Assembly (NCBI GenBank): GCA_016840165.1
Contig: JAEOSU010000072.1
Span: 1-64,000, forward strand
Direction: 5' to 3'
Source: Promethearchaeota archaeon
GTDB taxonomy: Archaea > Asgardarchaeota > Lokiarchaeia > Sigyniarchaeales > SOKP01
Length of the DNA stretch: 64,000 nucleotides
Shown: positions 40,696-50,327 of the stretch, in pieces
Layout: every line of letters starts with the position of its first letter
How positions within the stretch are numbered: the first letter of the stretch is position 1
Translations under genes and position numbers: made by a program
The notes under the pieces: model-generated
What the model saw: the letters and a program-made list of their open reading frames with translations, nothing else
Databases searched by the model: none
Told to the model about the DNA's origin: nothing

Positions 40696-42639
40696 GTGGT
40701 TATGAAACAAGAAAAGAGACCCTTTAATAAGCTTATACCAATTCCTTTTCAACAAGTAATTATTAATGATTTATTTTGGTCAAATTGGCAAGATATAAAC
40801 CGAAGGGTGGCGATCCTTCACCAATATGAGCAATTAGAAAAGGCTCATCATATCAATAATTTCCGCATAGCTGCAAAGCTTAAAAAAGGACGACATAAGG
40901 GGGAGTTCTATTATGATTCCGATATATATAAATGGTTAGAAGCTGCCTTTTATATCCTTCAACAGAATAAGGATGATGAGCTAAAATCAAAAGTAGATGA
41001 AGTTGTAACACTTATTCTTAAATCGCAACTTAACGATGGTTATATTAACACGTTTTACTCAACCAATTTTATTGAGAGAAGATTTACAAATACTACATTT
41101 ATGCATGAACTCTATTGTGCGGGATATTTGATTGAAGCAGCAATTGCACATTATAATGCAACAGGTTCAAAAAAACTTTTAGATGCTGCTGAAAAGTTTA
41201 TGAATTTAATTTATACCATATTTATGGGCGAAAAAAAAGTTAATCCTCCAGGACATCAAGAAATAGAATTAGCTCTGATGTCATTATACCGTCTTACAAA
41301 TAATAAAAAGTATTTTTTACTAGCTGAAGATTTTATTAATCGAAGGGGGAAAGATGCTAATTCAAAACGATATATTCTTAGTCAATTTCTCAATCTTAAT
41401 TCAACACAAAAGCAAGCAAAAGAAATGGCGTTAAAGGATGGAGAGAGCAATGAAATTGAAGATTTTTATGCCAATCTTTCATTTAATGAGCGAATTAAAT
41501 TCTATTATGCTATCCTTAATGGAACTTGTTATCAACTTAATATTCCTGTTCGGAAGATCAGAGATCCTACAGGACATGCGGTTAGAGCTATGTATATGTT
41601 TTGCGGTATGGCAGATCTTTATGCTGATAATGGGGATGAGGATCTCTTAGATGCATTGATCAGATCTTGGTCTAAAATAACAGAAGGAAAAATGTATATC
41701 ACTGCTGGCATCGGTTCGGTAAATGGTATCGAAGGATTTGAAAAAGATTTTAAATTAAGGATAAAGAATTCATATTCTGAGACTTGTGCTGCAGTTGGGT
41801 TTCTGATGTGGAATTGGAGAATGCTTCAAATAACAGCACAAGCCAAATATGCTGATTTAATTGAAAAAATCTTATATAATTCCCTGTTGGTTGGCCAATC
41901 ACTTGATGGAAAAAAATATTCATATACAAATCCTCTAATTTCTAATGGAGACTATGATAGGCAAGAATGGTATTTATGTCCTTGCTGTCCACCTAACCTT
42001 GCTCGAACCATTGCGTCTCTTGGTCAGTATATTTATAGTAAATCAGAGAATGCATTGTTCATTCACCAATATATTGGAAGTACGCTTAATTTTGAAATTA
42101 ATGAAGTTCCTATTGAAATACATCAACAAAGCGAATTTCCATGGCAAGGGAAAGTGAAATTAAAAATATTTCTTGGTAATAACCTCACATTTAAGATTTT
42201 CCTCAGAATTCCAAGATGGTCGAAAAAAACCCGTATTGAAATTAATGGAGAATTATTAAAGGATGATCTGATCCCTAATAGATATATAGAAATCAACCGA
42301 AACTGGAAGGATAAGGATGAAGTTACTATGATATTTGAAATGATACCGAATATACTAGATGGGGATCCCCGAGTTAAAGATATTAAGCACATGGTTTCTA
42401 TAAGCAATGGACCATTAATTTATTGTTTAGAACAAAACGATAATAAAAATTTTGACATAACTCATATACAAATTCAAGAGAATATTCCTCTTACTGTTAT
42501 CTATAAAGACAATTTGTTGGGAGGAATAAATGTTATTGAAGGAAAAATAGTCTCAGGAGAAAAATTCGTTGCTATACCATATTATACATGGAATAATCGA
42601 GGAACTGACAAAATGTTGATTTGGTCTCAGAAAGCTTAA
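40696..42639 (+). CDS. GH127 beta-L-arabinofuranosidase-family glycoside hydrolase
   Basis: DSDIYKWLEA, HELYCAG, GHQEIELAL, GHAVRAMY, YSETC, CPCCPPN, IPYYTWNNRG. Confidence 0.93.
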   Translation: MVMKQEKRPFNKLIPIPFQQVIINDLFWSNWQDINRRVAILHQYEQLEKAHHINNFRIAAKLKKGRHKGEFYYDSDIYKWLEAAFYILQQNKDDELKSKVDEVVTLILKSQLNDGYINTFYSTNFIERRFTNTTFMHELYCAGYLIEAAIAHYNATGSKKLLDAAEKFMNLIYTIFMGEKKVNPPGHQEIELALMSLYRLTNNKKYFLLAEDFINRRGKDANSKRYILSQFLNLNSTQKQAKEMALKDGESNEIEDFYANLSFNERIKFYYAILNGTCYQLNIPVRKIRDPTGHAVRAMYMFCGMADLYADNGDEDLLDALIRSWSKITEGKMYITAGIGSVNGIEGFEKDFKLRIKNSYSETCAAVGFLMWNWRMLQITAQAKYADLIEKILYNSLLVGQSLDGKKYSYTNPLISNGDYDRQEWYLCPCCPPNLARTIASLGQYIYSKSENALFIHQYIGSTLNFEINEVPIEIHQQSEFPWQGKVKLKIFLGNNLTFKIFLRIPRWSKKTRIEINGELLKDDLIPNRYIEINRNWKDKDEVTMIFEMIPNILDGDPRVKDIKHMVSISNGPLIYCLEQNDNKNFDITHIQIQENIPLTVIYKDNLLGGINVIEGKIVSGEKFVAIPYYTWNNRGTDKMLIWSQKA

Positions 42640-42673
42640 CGGAAAGCTCTATTTTCTTAATAAAAAAATCTAA

Positions 42674-43207
42674 TCATATTGGTTTCTTCGAATATTTTTC
42701 AAAGAGTGATTCCGTCATCAGATTAAATGCATCCTCAACATTTTGACCTGTTTTTGAAGAGAGCTCAACAAACGAGGTTAAATTATATTTTTTTGCCGCT
42801 AGTATCCCCTCATTTCTGGGGACAGCTCTAAATTCTTCTAGGTCAAGTTTGGAACCTACGAGCATAATTGGAATATCTCCAGCATGCTCTCTTATGATCT
42901 GGGTCCAATCGGGCAAATGATCGATTGTAATGGAATTTGTAATATCATATAAGAAAAAGGCTGCATTAGCTCCTTTACAATATTGAGATAATAGGAATCT
43001 GAAGCGCTCTTCACCTCCAAAATCCCAAATCTGTAATTTTACTTTTTTTCCTTTAAAATTCGTGGTTTTAGAATAAAAATCTACTCCGATAGTAAGTTTC
43101 AAATCTTCAAGAAAGAATCCAGAGATGTATCTAATTGTAAGTGAGGTTTTGCCTACACTTGCATCTCCTAACATCATAATCTTGAATGTAAAGTCATAGT
43201 CAGTCAT
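42674..43207 (-). CDS. Rab-like small GTPase
   Basis: YDFTFKIMMLGDASVGKT, TIGVDF, VKLQIWDFGGEERF, SKLD, SSKTGQNV. Confidence 0.93.
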   Translation of the reverse strand: MTDYDFTFKIMMLGDASVGKTSLTIRYISGFFLEDLKLTIGVDFYSKTTNFKGKKVKLQIWDFGGEERFRFLLSQYCKGANAAFFLYDITNSITIDHLPDWTQIIREHAGDIPIMLVGSKLDLEEFRAVPRNEGILAAKKYNLTSFVELSSKTGQNVEDAFNLMTESLFEKYSKKPI

Positions 43208-43381
43208 AATAATTAATAGATCAGCAGTTTAGGCTGTCCTGTTATACCTTTTTGATAAATACATTAATAAGAACTGCCTTTTTTTCTTAAATTTATACCC
43301 ATACAATTCTTTATTATTAACATTTATTATTATTAGTATTTAATATTTCTTTCTAAAAATCTTTCCTATCGAAAATGAAGA

Positions 43382-44089
43382 TTATAATATTAGAATCAAA
43401 AAATTAAATACGGAGTGAGCCATTGAAGTAGGGATTAAAGAAAAATTTGAATAAATATAAACTAAAGCTAATATAAATCCAATAGTAAAATAATATCCAA
43501 AAAAACTAATAATTGTAGACAGGGGAACAAGGAAAGGAGGTATGTGATATATAGTAAAGACTAAAGAAGATATAATGAGTGAATAGATTAAGCGTATTTT
43601 ATTCTTTAATTTTATAATAATAAAACCACGAAAGAAACTCTCTTCACAAGGTCCGATAATAAAAAATTGGATTAAAATAAAAATATATAGTTGTAGGGGG
43701 GTTGGATTAAGAATTTGGGAATTAATGGCATTTTCTTTACCTTGAACAACAAACTCTTCACTAAAGAGATTCGCAGTGATAAAATCTTGGAAAAAGACCA
43801 AAATGAAATTGCTCATTACTACTAAACTTATTCCAATAAATATTCCTAAAGTTGCTTTTTTTATTTTAAGAGAAAAATTTGAAAGATTAATGTTGATTCC
43901 AATTTCGTGTAATTCATGCTTAATAGAAGTTCTTGATAAACGAGATGATATTAGAATGGGAATTACAATCAAAAATATCTCGAGTGAAGATAAAAGGATT
44001 AATATCCATGGATTTTCTCCTAGTTGAATCATTGATCTAAATAATTTTAACCTAATTTTAAATATATCTTGGAAATCATTAAATCTCAT
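43382..44089 (-). CDS. CPBP (CAAX protease/Abi) intramembrane metalloprotease
   Basis: PCEESFFRG, FTIYH and HSVFN motifs intact. Confidence 0.88.
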   Translation of the reverse strand: MRFNDFQDIFKIRLKLFRSMIQLGENPWILILLSSLEIFLIVIPILISSRLSRTSIKHELHEIGININLSNFSLKIKKATLGIFIGISLVVMSNFILVFFQDFITANLFSEEFVVQGKENAINSQILNPTPLQLYIFILIQFFIIGPCEESFFRGFIIIKLKNKIRLIYSLIISSLVFTIYHIPPFLVPLSTIISFFGYYFTIGFILALVYIYSNFSLIPTSMAHSVFNFLILIL

Positions 44090-44126
44090 ATCTCGATGAT
44101 TTTATTAAATATAGATTTATCTTATA

Positions 44127-45401
44127 TTGTTAATGACCACACAGGATCAAAATCTAAAACTCAATGGCTTAAAAACAAATAAAGAGCCATTATCTGATGA
44201 GATGGGCTTAACTAAAGAGCAAATTTTACTTCAAAACATCCATAATATTGCAGAGGAATATCAAGAAGTTGAATTGTTAAAAAAAAAGTTTGTTGAGGCA
44301 GTTAATCATAATTTAGATAAATTAGATTTCTCTAAATTCATTAAATTTCCCAATTTTGATATTAAAGAAAACTTAATCAAAAAAAAAATTGCACACTCGA
44401 ATATTAGCGGTTTATATGTGGTATCTGTTGATGGAAGCTCCGTTATCAAGAAGTTTATGAATGTTGACTTCTCATTTTTAAAAGCTATTGCGGTAAAATA
44501 TTATTTTTATAAAAATCACTCCTCTAAGATTGAATACTATCCGGATCTCAGTGGATTTAACAATTATATTGTTCAAGGTGATTACTTTAATAGGGAGGAG
44601 CATGCTGTAGACGCAAAAATATCAATCGATATGACATTTATGGAAATTAATTTATTAAATAAACTAATTGAGAAAAAACCGAATATTGATTTGATCATAA
44701 TTGATGGCTCAATAGTTATTATGCCAATCAATTTATTATTTACTCAGGATATCGAAATCGCAAAGAAATATGATAGGCTTTTAAGAGAATATCAGAAACT
44801 ATATAGATCCTGCAAGGAGAATGGTATAATATTAATCGGTTCAATAAAAGATACGAGGACTTCTGCTCTTACGAATATTCTAGGGAATTCCATCCTCATG
44901 TCCAAACCCAATTATACTCATTTATCCGAGTTTGTAGAAATAAATTATCGCCAAGTGATTCAATACTTTTCGGATATGGATCTTTTCCATAGAATACTCC
45001 AAAAGGCTGAAAGAAGTTGTATCTTTACTTGCAAAAAAGATATCGACAAAATAAGGGATACAGGAATAAAAAAAGAAATTCCATATTACTTTCCATTAAA
45101 TTTTTATGCATTTTATCTGAAAACAACCCATTACGATACTCCATGTCGTATTGAATTTTTTATGGATGAACAACAATCATTTAAGGATGCAATAGAAAGA
45201 GCAGATTTAATTTCTTCGATTTTATTACCCATATCGAGTCTAAATGAATATTATGGACTTCCAATCCCTCAGATAGAAGCCCATAAAAGAGCAGTATTCA
45301 AACCCTCAGAAATTGATCTTTTGTTTAATAATCTTTCGAGAAAAATCAGTGGATTTGGTATAAATTTATTAGAAAAACGTAGAGCGCGAAGACCATTTTA
45401 A
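44127..45401 (+). CDS. NurA-family nuclease
   Basis: VSVDGS, IIIDGSI, IGSIKD, YGLPIPQIEAH. Confidence 0.85.
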   Translation: MLMTTQDQNLKLNGLKTNKEPLSDEMGLTKEQILLQNIHNIAEEYQEVELLKKKFVEAVNHNLDKLDFSKFIKFPNFDIKENLIKKKIAHSNISGLYVVSVDGSSVIKKFMNVDFSFLKAIAVKYYFYKNHSSKIEYYPDLSGFNNYIVQGDYFNREEHAVDAKISIDMTFMEINLLNKLIEKKPNIDLIIIDGSIVIMPINLLFTQDIEIAKKYDRLLREYQKLYRSCKENGIILIGSIKDTRTSALTNILGNSILMSKPNYTHLSEFVEINYRQVIQYFSDMDLFHRILQKAERSCIFTCKKDIDKIRDTGIKKEIPYYFPLNFYAFYLKTTHYDTPCRIEFFMDEQQSFKDAIERADLISSILLPISSLNEYYGLPIPQIEAHKRAVFKPSEIDLLFNNLSRKISGFGINLLEKRRARRPF

Positions 45402-46090
45402 TAAGAGATTCGAACTGCTCTATTTAATATTATGTCTTCAAAAAAAATATGTTTCTTTGCTATTATATTTGTTTCAAATCCTAATTTGAGTAAAATCTCG
45501 CTAATATTATCTCTAAGAACTCTACTAGAGGTAATAAAGTAAAGCAAACAAACAGCATTATGATCTGGATTAAGAAAAGGAACAACCTGATTAAAAAATT
45601 CTAGAAGTGTTTCATAACCTTCTTCCCCACCATTCCAGCTATAATCTATGTCGGTGGAAGGTTTATCGGTTTTTATTTCCAAAGCGGGTAAATAAGGAGG
45701 ATTAAAGATAATAACATTAAATTTATATGTTAATTTTTTAGGAAAGGATTTAAATAGATCAGAGTGAATAAAACGTATTTCTCCTTTGAAGTTATTAATT
45801 TTCTCATTATTTTTAGCGCAAATTATTGCTTCTTTCATAATATCAGAAGCATATATTTTCGGATTGAGACTTGAAAGTTGACTGGAAAGCATTTGAAGAA
45901 AAATAGCAATAATACCTGTTCCAGTTCCCATATCTAAAATATATTTTACCTTTTTTATATTATAACCATCAAAGGAAGAGCTTGTGACTGCTTTTCTGAA
46001 ATAATCAACTATCAGAAACGTGTCATCGGATGGAGAATAAACCTTTTCATTCTTATATTGGATAATCGGATCTTTACTGTAGTTTATCAT
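45398..46090 (-). CDS. HemK2/PrmC-family methyltransferase
   Basis: VYSPSDDTFL, LDMGTGTG, FNPPYLP, WNGGEEG. ATG 46090 preferred. Confidence 0.9.
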   Translation of the reverse strand: MINYSKDPIIQYKNEKVYSPSDDTFLIVDYFRKAVTSSSFDGYNIKKVKYILDMGTGTGIIAIFLQMLSSQLSSLNPKIYASDIMKEAIICAKNNEKINNFKGEIRFIHSDLFKSFPKKLTYKFNVIIFNPPYLPALEIKTDKPSTDIDYSWNGGEEGYETLLEFFNQVVPFLNPDHNAVCLLYFITSSRVLRDNISEILLKLGFETNIIAKKHIFFEDIILNRAVRISY

Positions 46091-46100
46091 AAATTCTAAC

Positions 46101-46955
46101 TTATTTGAAATTTTTAAATATTTTATGAAACGCTTCACTTAAAACAATGAAATCATCATAGTTATAACTAGAAAGTTTCATATCATCAAAATTTATTGAA
46201 TCTAAGTATTCTTTTATATCTTTTTTTGACAAATGACTTGCTTTTCTGCTATTCAAATAGGATAAAATCGCATTTGATAGGTTTTTATTTTTGTAGGGCA
46301 TGATGCCACAGACAAAATTCAAAAAAAAAGTTCTTCCCTCTTCTGATCTCAAAAAAGGATTAAGATATTCTCTCGGGTATACAGTAATCATAGAAAGCTC
46401 GATCTTTGGTGATGGGTAGAATGAATTAGGTGATATTGAGAATTTACGTGAAGGTTTCATAAATGCATTAAAACTAACTGTGATTCGTGAAAAATTTTTA
46501 TAATTAGTCCCAATAAATATTCTGTTCGCAAGGCTTTTTTCAATGATCAATATCCCAGAGGGAGGAGAGCTATTATAAAAAACTTTTTCAAGAATAGGTC
46601 CGGTTATAGAATATGGAATGTTAGAAACGACTTTATTATGAGCCGGGATTTGCACTTTCAAAATATCTTGATTAAATAATTCTAAATTTGAAGAAGATGA
46701 AAATTTATTTTTAAGGAATCGATAAAGAGTTTTATCAATTTCATAAGAATATACTTTTTCTACTCTCTTTATCAATTCGGAGGTTAATGCTCCTAAACCC
46801 GCTCCAATTTCTAATATAATATCATTCTTTTTGAGTTCAGAAGCAGAAATTAATTTATCTAAAACGTTCTTATCAATTAAGAAATTTTGTCCCAATTTTT
46901 TATTTGGTGAATGTTTTAATTCTTTAAGGATGGAGAGAGTCTCATTTCGATTCAT
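46101..46955 (-). CDS. rsmA: 16S rRNA adenine dimethyltransferase KsgA/RsmA
   Basis: LGQNFL, LEIGAGLGALT, YEID, VSNIPYSI, FYPSPK. Confidence 0.95.
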   Translation of the reverse strand: MNRNETLSILKELKHSPNKKLGQNFLIDKNVLDKLISASELKKNDIILEIGAGLGALTSELIKRVEKVYSYEIDKTLYRFLKNKFSSSSNLELFNQDILKVQIPAHNKVVSNIPYSITGPILEKVFYNSSPPSGILIIEKSLANRIFIGTNYKNFSRITVSFNAFMKPSRKFSISPNSFYPSPKIELSMITVYPREYLNPFLRSEEGRTFFLNFVCGIMPYKNKNLSNAILSYLNSRKASHLSKKDIKEYLDSINFDDMKLSSYNYDDFIVLSEAFHKIFKNFK

Positions 46956-46958
46956 TTT

Positions 46959-47618
46959 TTATTCATACTTCTGAGTCTTGGAAAATAGGTAGTATTTGAC
47001 CCCTTCTCGTTCTAATTCTTTAATGATTCTTTGAGCAACAAGCTTTGCGGGATTAGAAATGCTTGTTCTATCTATAATGTCTTGAAAGTTAGTAAATTTT
47101 TGGCGCTCTCGAGCGTTCAATATATCCCACATGTGTTTTTGACCTACCCCGGGAAGCAATTTTAGAGCATGCATACGCGGAGTTATCGATGTAGAATTAT
47201 TAAAAAAATTTATAAACTCTTCTTCGTAATCTAAAACCTCTTTTTCGAGTATTGGCTCTAAAAGAGCTTTAGAGGTATTAGTTAATTCATCATAATCAAT
47301 CTTTTTAAGAACATCCCTTAATTTATCTTGATTTGTGAATTCTTCATAAGTATTTTTTTCTTGAACTTTAATATCTGCATCTCTATTAATTTTTACTTCA
47401 TAAAGAACAAAATCAGGCAACGTAATAACTTGTGCAATTGGTGTTTTTGACCAACTTGGTTTATCTTCTTCAGGGTGACCTCGGAGTAATATGTCTAAAA
47501 TTATTACCTCTCGGAACTTCTTGATAAATTGTTTCTTTTTTCTCGGACCTCTCCTTTGAAAATTTGACTTTTTCGGAGCTCTTCTGTATCGATCCCGAGG
47601 TCTTTCCATAAACACCAA
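46959..47618 (-). CDS. DUF655 putative RNA-binding protein
   Basis: ITPRMHALKLLPGVGQKHMWDIL HhH motif; rpoF-DUF655-ksgA synteny. Confidence 0.9.
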   Translation of the reverse strand: MVFMERPRDRYRRAPKKSNFQRRGPRKKKQFIKKFREVIILDILLRGHPEEDKPSWSKTPIAQVITLPDFVLYEVKINRDADIKVQEKNTYEEFTNQDKLRDVLKKIDYDELTNTSKALLEPILEKEVLDYEEEFINFFNNSTSITPRMHALKLLPGVGQKHMWDILNARERQKFTNFQDIIDRTSISNPAKLVAQRIIKELEREGVKYYLFSKTQKYE

Positions 47619-47765
47619 CTTTCTTGATAATTTCTTTTTTGATATCCATAATAAATATGGTTTTTTGAATATCTTATTTTAAAAGAGTTATACATTAAAA
47701 TCTATAACCATAAAAATTTATAAATTCTTTGATGTGAAATTAGATCTAATCTTTTTTCATCAGAT

Positions 47766-48125
47766 TTATTTTAGTTCTTCTATTTGATATAAAAGATCCT
47801 GTAATTGATCATCATTTAATGTTTTTCCTATAAAACTTTTTTCTAAAATCATTCTTAATTCCGGAACAGTTTTAGGATTAATATTTACAATATTAATCGC
47901 ATAAACATCTTCAATTTCATATTTTTCAGTGAGAAACTTTATAATTTTATGAGCGGTTTTTTCATCGACTTTTGCAAATTTATTAACGTAATTGTAGGTT
48001 ATTTCTTGAAAATGGGATAATCCTTCCTCTGAATCAATCTCTTCAATTTTATCTTTAACTTTTTCCATTATTTTTTTTACTTCTGGAATAGAAACCGATT
48101 TTTCATTTACTTTTCTTCCAGACAT
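47766..48125 (-). CDS. rpoF: RNA polymerase subunit F (Rpo4)
   Basis: SIPEVK...YVNKFAK...INIVNINPKTVPELRMIL; follows rpl21e. Confidence 0.9.
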   Translation of the reverse strand: MSGRKVNEKSVSIPEVKKIMEKVKDKIEEIDSEEGLSHFQEITYNYVNKFAKVDEKTAHKIIKFLTEKYEIEDVYAINIVNINPKTVPELRMILEKSFIGKTLNDDQLQDLLYQIEELK

Positions 48126-48158
48126 AGTTTTTCTACCTTTTAACTTATGAATTTAAAC

Positions 48159-48458
48159 TTAGTCTCCTTTGTTTAATCTCAGATGTTCTTTTCCAATAAT
48201 TAATGTCTTATTAGAATTACCTAATTTCACTTCAACTTCATAACAACGGCCTCTTACACCACATATTGTTCCTGTGAGTCCATGATATCGTCTATGTGGC
48301 ATACCCCTCTTTTGCTGTGAAGGATCAGTTATAATGTCAACTTTATGTCCCATCTCATATTCCATTAAATATTTATCGATGGATCGTAGTCCTTTTTCTC
48401 TTGCTTTCTTTCGATGCCGTTTTCTGGTCTTATTTCTATAGCCTTTATGAAGGGTCAT
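48159..48458 (-). CDS. rpl21e: Ribosomal protein eL21
   Basis: KGYRNKTR, GMPHRRYHGLTG, EHLR. Confidence 0.96.
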   Translation of the reverse strand: MTLHKGYRNKTRKRHRKKAREKGLRSIDKYLMEYEMGHKVDIITDPSQQKRGMPHRRYHGLTGTICGVRGRCYEVEVKLGNSNKTLIIGKEHLRLNKGD

Positions 48459-48559
48459 CTTCTTCACTAAATAATAAATCAATGCAATATAAATTAGAGT
48501 AAGTTATTTTATACGGGATAATTTATTTATTTTTTGCTTTTATTACCTTATGAAGTCTA

Positions 48560-49921
48560 TTAATCAATTTTCAAAACATCTAATTCCTTGCATAGAAGTG
48601 GACAATTAAATATTTCTGAAAAGGAGGGTGTTGTCCTCCCATCATCTCCATTAATAAGCTCTTTAATATATACTCCACCTTGCGTTTCAATTAAAAACTC
48701 AAACAACGTTGGTTTTTGATATTTTCCTTCAATCTTATAGATAGATTTTTCTCGTACCTTATCTGAACGTCGATGGGACACTCGAACGGGTGTTCGTTGT
48801 TTTATTTTATTATTCACGAATACTTCTCTGAGTTTAGTTAAATTAGTTATAAAAATTTCCTTGCTAACTTTTTGTTCTGATAAAACCTTTGCAAGATAAG
48901 TTTTTCTAGTGCTTTCTGCGCTTTTTTTCAAAGATTTTACTTCTGCTTTAGAACTATTTCTTAATTTAGAAATTTTGATCTTTTTTCTATTTTTTTTATT
49001 CACTGATTTTTGGATTTGATGGAGATTTAATGTTCTTTTCTTAGGATTTCTTAACTCAATTATGAAGGGACGTCCCTCACCAAGCATGCGAACATCAATA
49101 TCTTCTCGACCTCCACCATGAAACTTTGAATCTGTAGCGTTTGTCTCAGATAAAAAGATTGGAGAGATTAACTCTTCCACACTGGTCATATATTGTTTAC
49201 CAGTAAAATCACATAGTTTACATCCTTTTCCCATACAATTTCTACAATTCCAATGCGTTTGCGGTATATCACGTAAATATTTATTATATCTTCCATAAAT
49301 AAAGACTGATCTTATTAAAAGATCGATAGAATGCGATATTGGAGATAAATTAAAGATAATAGTTATATCTGGGGTTAAAAATTCTGGAGATTTATGCAAA
49401 GAGCTCGAGAGAACTTTTCCTAATTCACGATTAAAATGACTTTTAATAGATTCAGATTCAAGTAAGTTGAATTCGGCTTTAAATATGTCTTCTCTGTTAA
49501 TCATTTGAGAAGATGGGGCTGAACCAACCAAAAAATTATTGAATTCGATATCTCTAATTTTATTTATAGCATCTTGAGCATATATCTCTAAATTTGAAAA
49601 AATATCGTTGCATAAATAGCATTTCTCGGACGATAGTATTGGAGCGAGTTTTATTCCTTGCTTCATTAAAACTTGGCGCGCAGGAATAAAGTGCGCTTTC
49701 TCGGCTATTATTCTTAAATTCTTGGTATAAATTTCGTGATTCACATCTGAGGATAGTGATTTTTGGTGATTCTCCATCGTGAGTGTTAATAATAACGAAT
49801 AACCACGCTCAAAATTTGTGGTATTGGTTGCTAATAACGAGAACATCCTTCCTAAACAATGAATACATACATGATACTTCTGATAGATCTCTAAAACTTT
49901 CTCAAAGATAGACATGCTCAA
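48560..49921 (-). CDS. pus10: tRNA pseudouridine(54/55) synthase Pus10
   Basis: CIHCLGR, GRYNKY, GREDIDVRMLG, QRTPVRV, GGVYIKEL. Confidence 0.95.
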   Translation of the reverse strand: MSMSIFEKVLEIYQKYHVCIHCLGRMFSLLATNTTNFERGYSLLLTLTMENHQKSLSSDVNHEIYTKNLRIIAEKAHFIPARQVLMKQGIKLAPILSSEKCYLCNDIFSNLEIYAQDAINKIRDIEFNNFLVGSAPSSQMINREDIFKAEFNLLESESIKSHFNRELGKVLSSSLHKSPEFLTPDITIIFNLSPISHSIDLLIRSVFIYGRYNKYLRDIPQTHWNCRNCMGKGCKLCDFTGKQYMTSVEELISPIFLSETNATDSKFHGGGREDIDVRMLGEGRPFIIELRNPKKRTLNLHQIQKSVNKKNRKKIKISKLRNSSKAEVKSLKKSAESTRKTYLAKVLSEQKVSKEIFITNLTKLREVFVNNKIKQRTPVRVSHRRSDKVREKSIYKIEGKYQKPTLFEFLIETQGGVYIKELINGDDGRTTPSFSEIFNCPLLCKELDVLKID

Positions 49922-50061
49922 GAATAATAATAAGAGATCATATTAGTGTTTATTGATTAGGCTCTAACAGAGAAGAGAGGATTAAAAAAATTTTAAAAGA
50001 AAATTTTATTTTTCTATCTAATTTTGTTTTTATTTTTATTAAAGGAGTTAGTGCTTATATT

Positions 50062-50295
50062 ATGAGTAAAAAAAAAACTGGTTTTGTCAAGTGGTTCGAT
50101 TATAAGAAAGGTTTTGGGTTTATTACCACTGATAGCGAAGAAGATGTGTTCGTACATTTTTCAAATATCTTAATGGACGGCTTTAAAAAATTAGATATAG
50201 GAGATCAAGTCGAATTCGAATTGAAAGAATCGGAAGATGGAAAAGGACCAGAAGCACTTAATGTAAAAGTAATTACGAAAGATAGACGATATTAA
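50062..50295 (+). CDS. Cold-shock domain protein
   Basis: GFVKWF, KGFGFI, DVFVHFS. Confidence 0.95.
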   Translation: MSKKKTGFVKWFDYKKGFGFITTDSEEDVFVHFSNILMDGFKKLDIGDQVEFELKESEDGKGPEALNVKVITKDRRY

Positions 50296-50327
50296 TAAAA
50301 AAGAAAAAAAAAGTTAAATTATTCTAT

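Noticed and set aside
38166-43207. Prenylation (CAAX/CC) signals on the Rab-like GTPases
   Set aside because: C-termini are YDKLL and SKKPI, with no cysteine.
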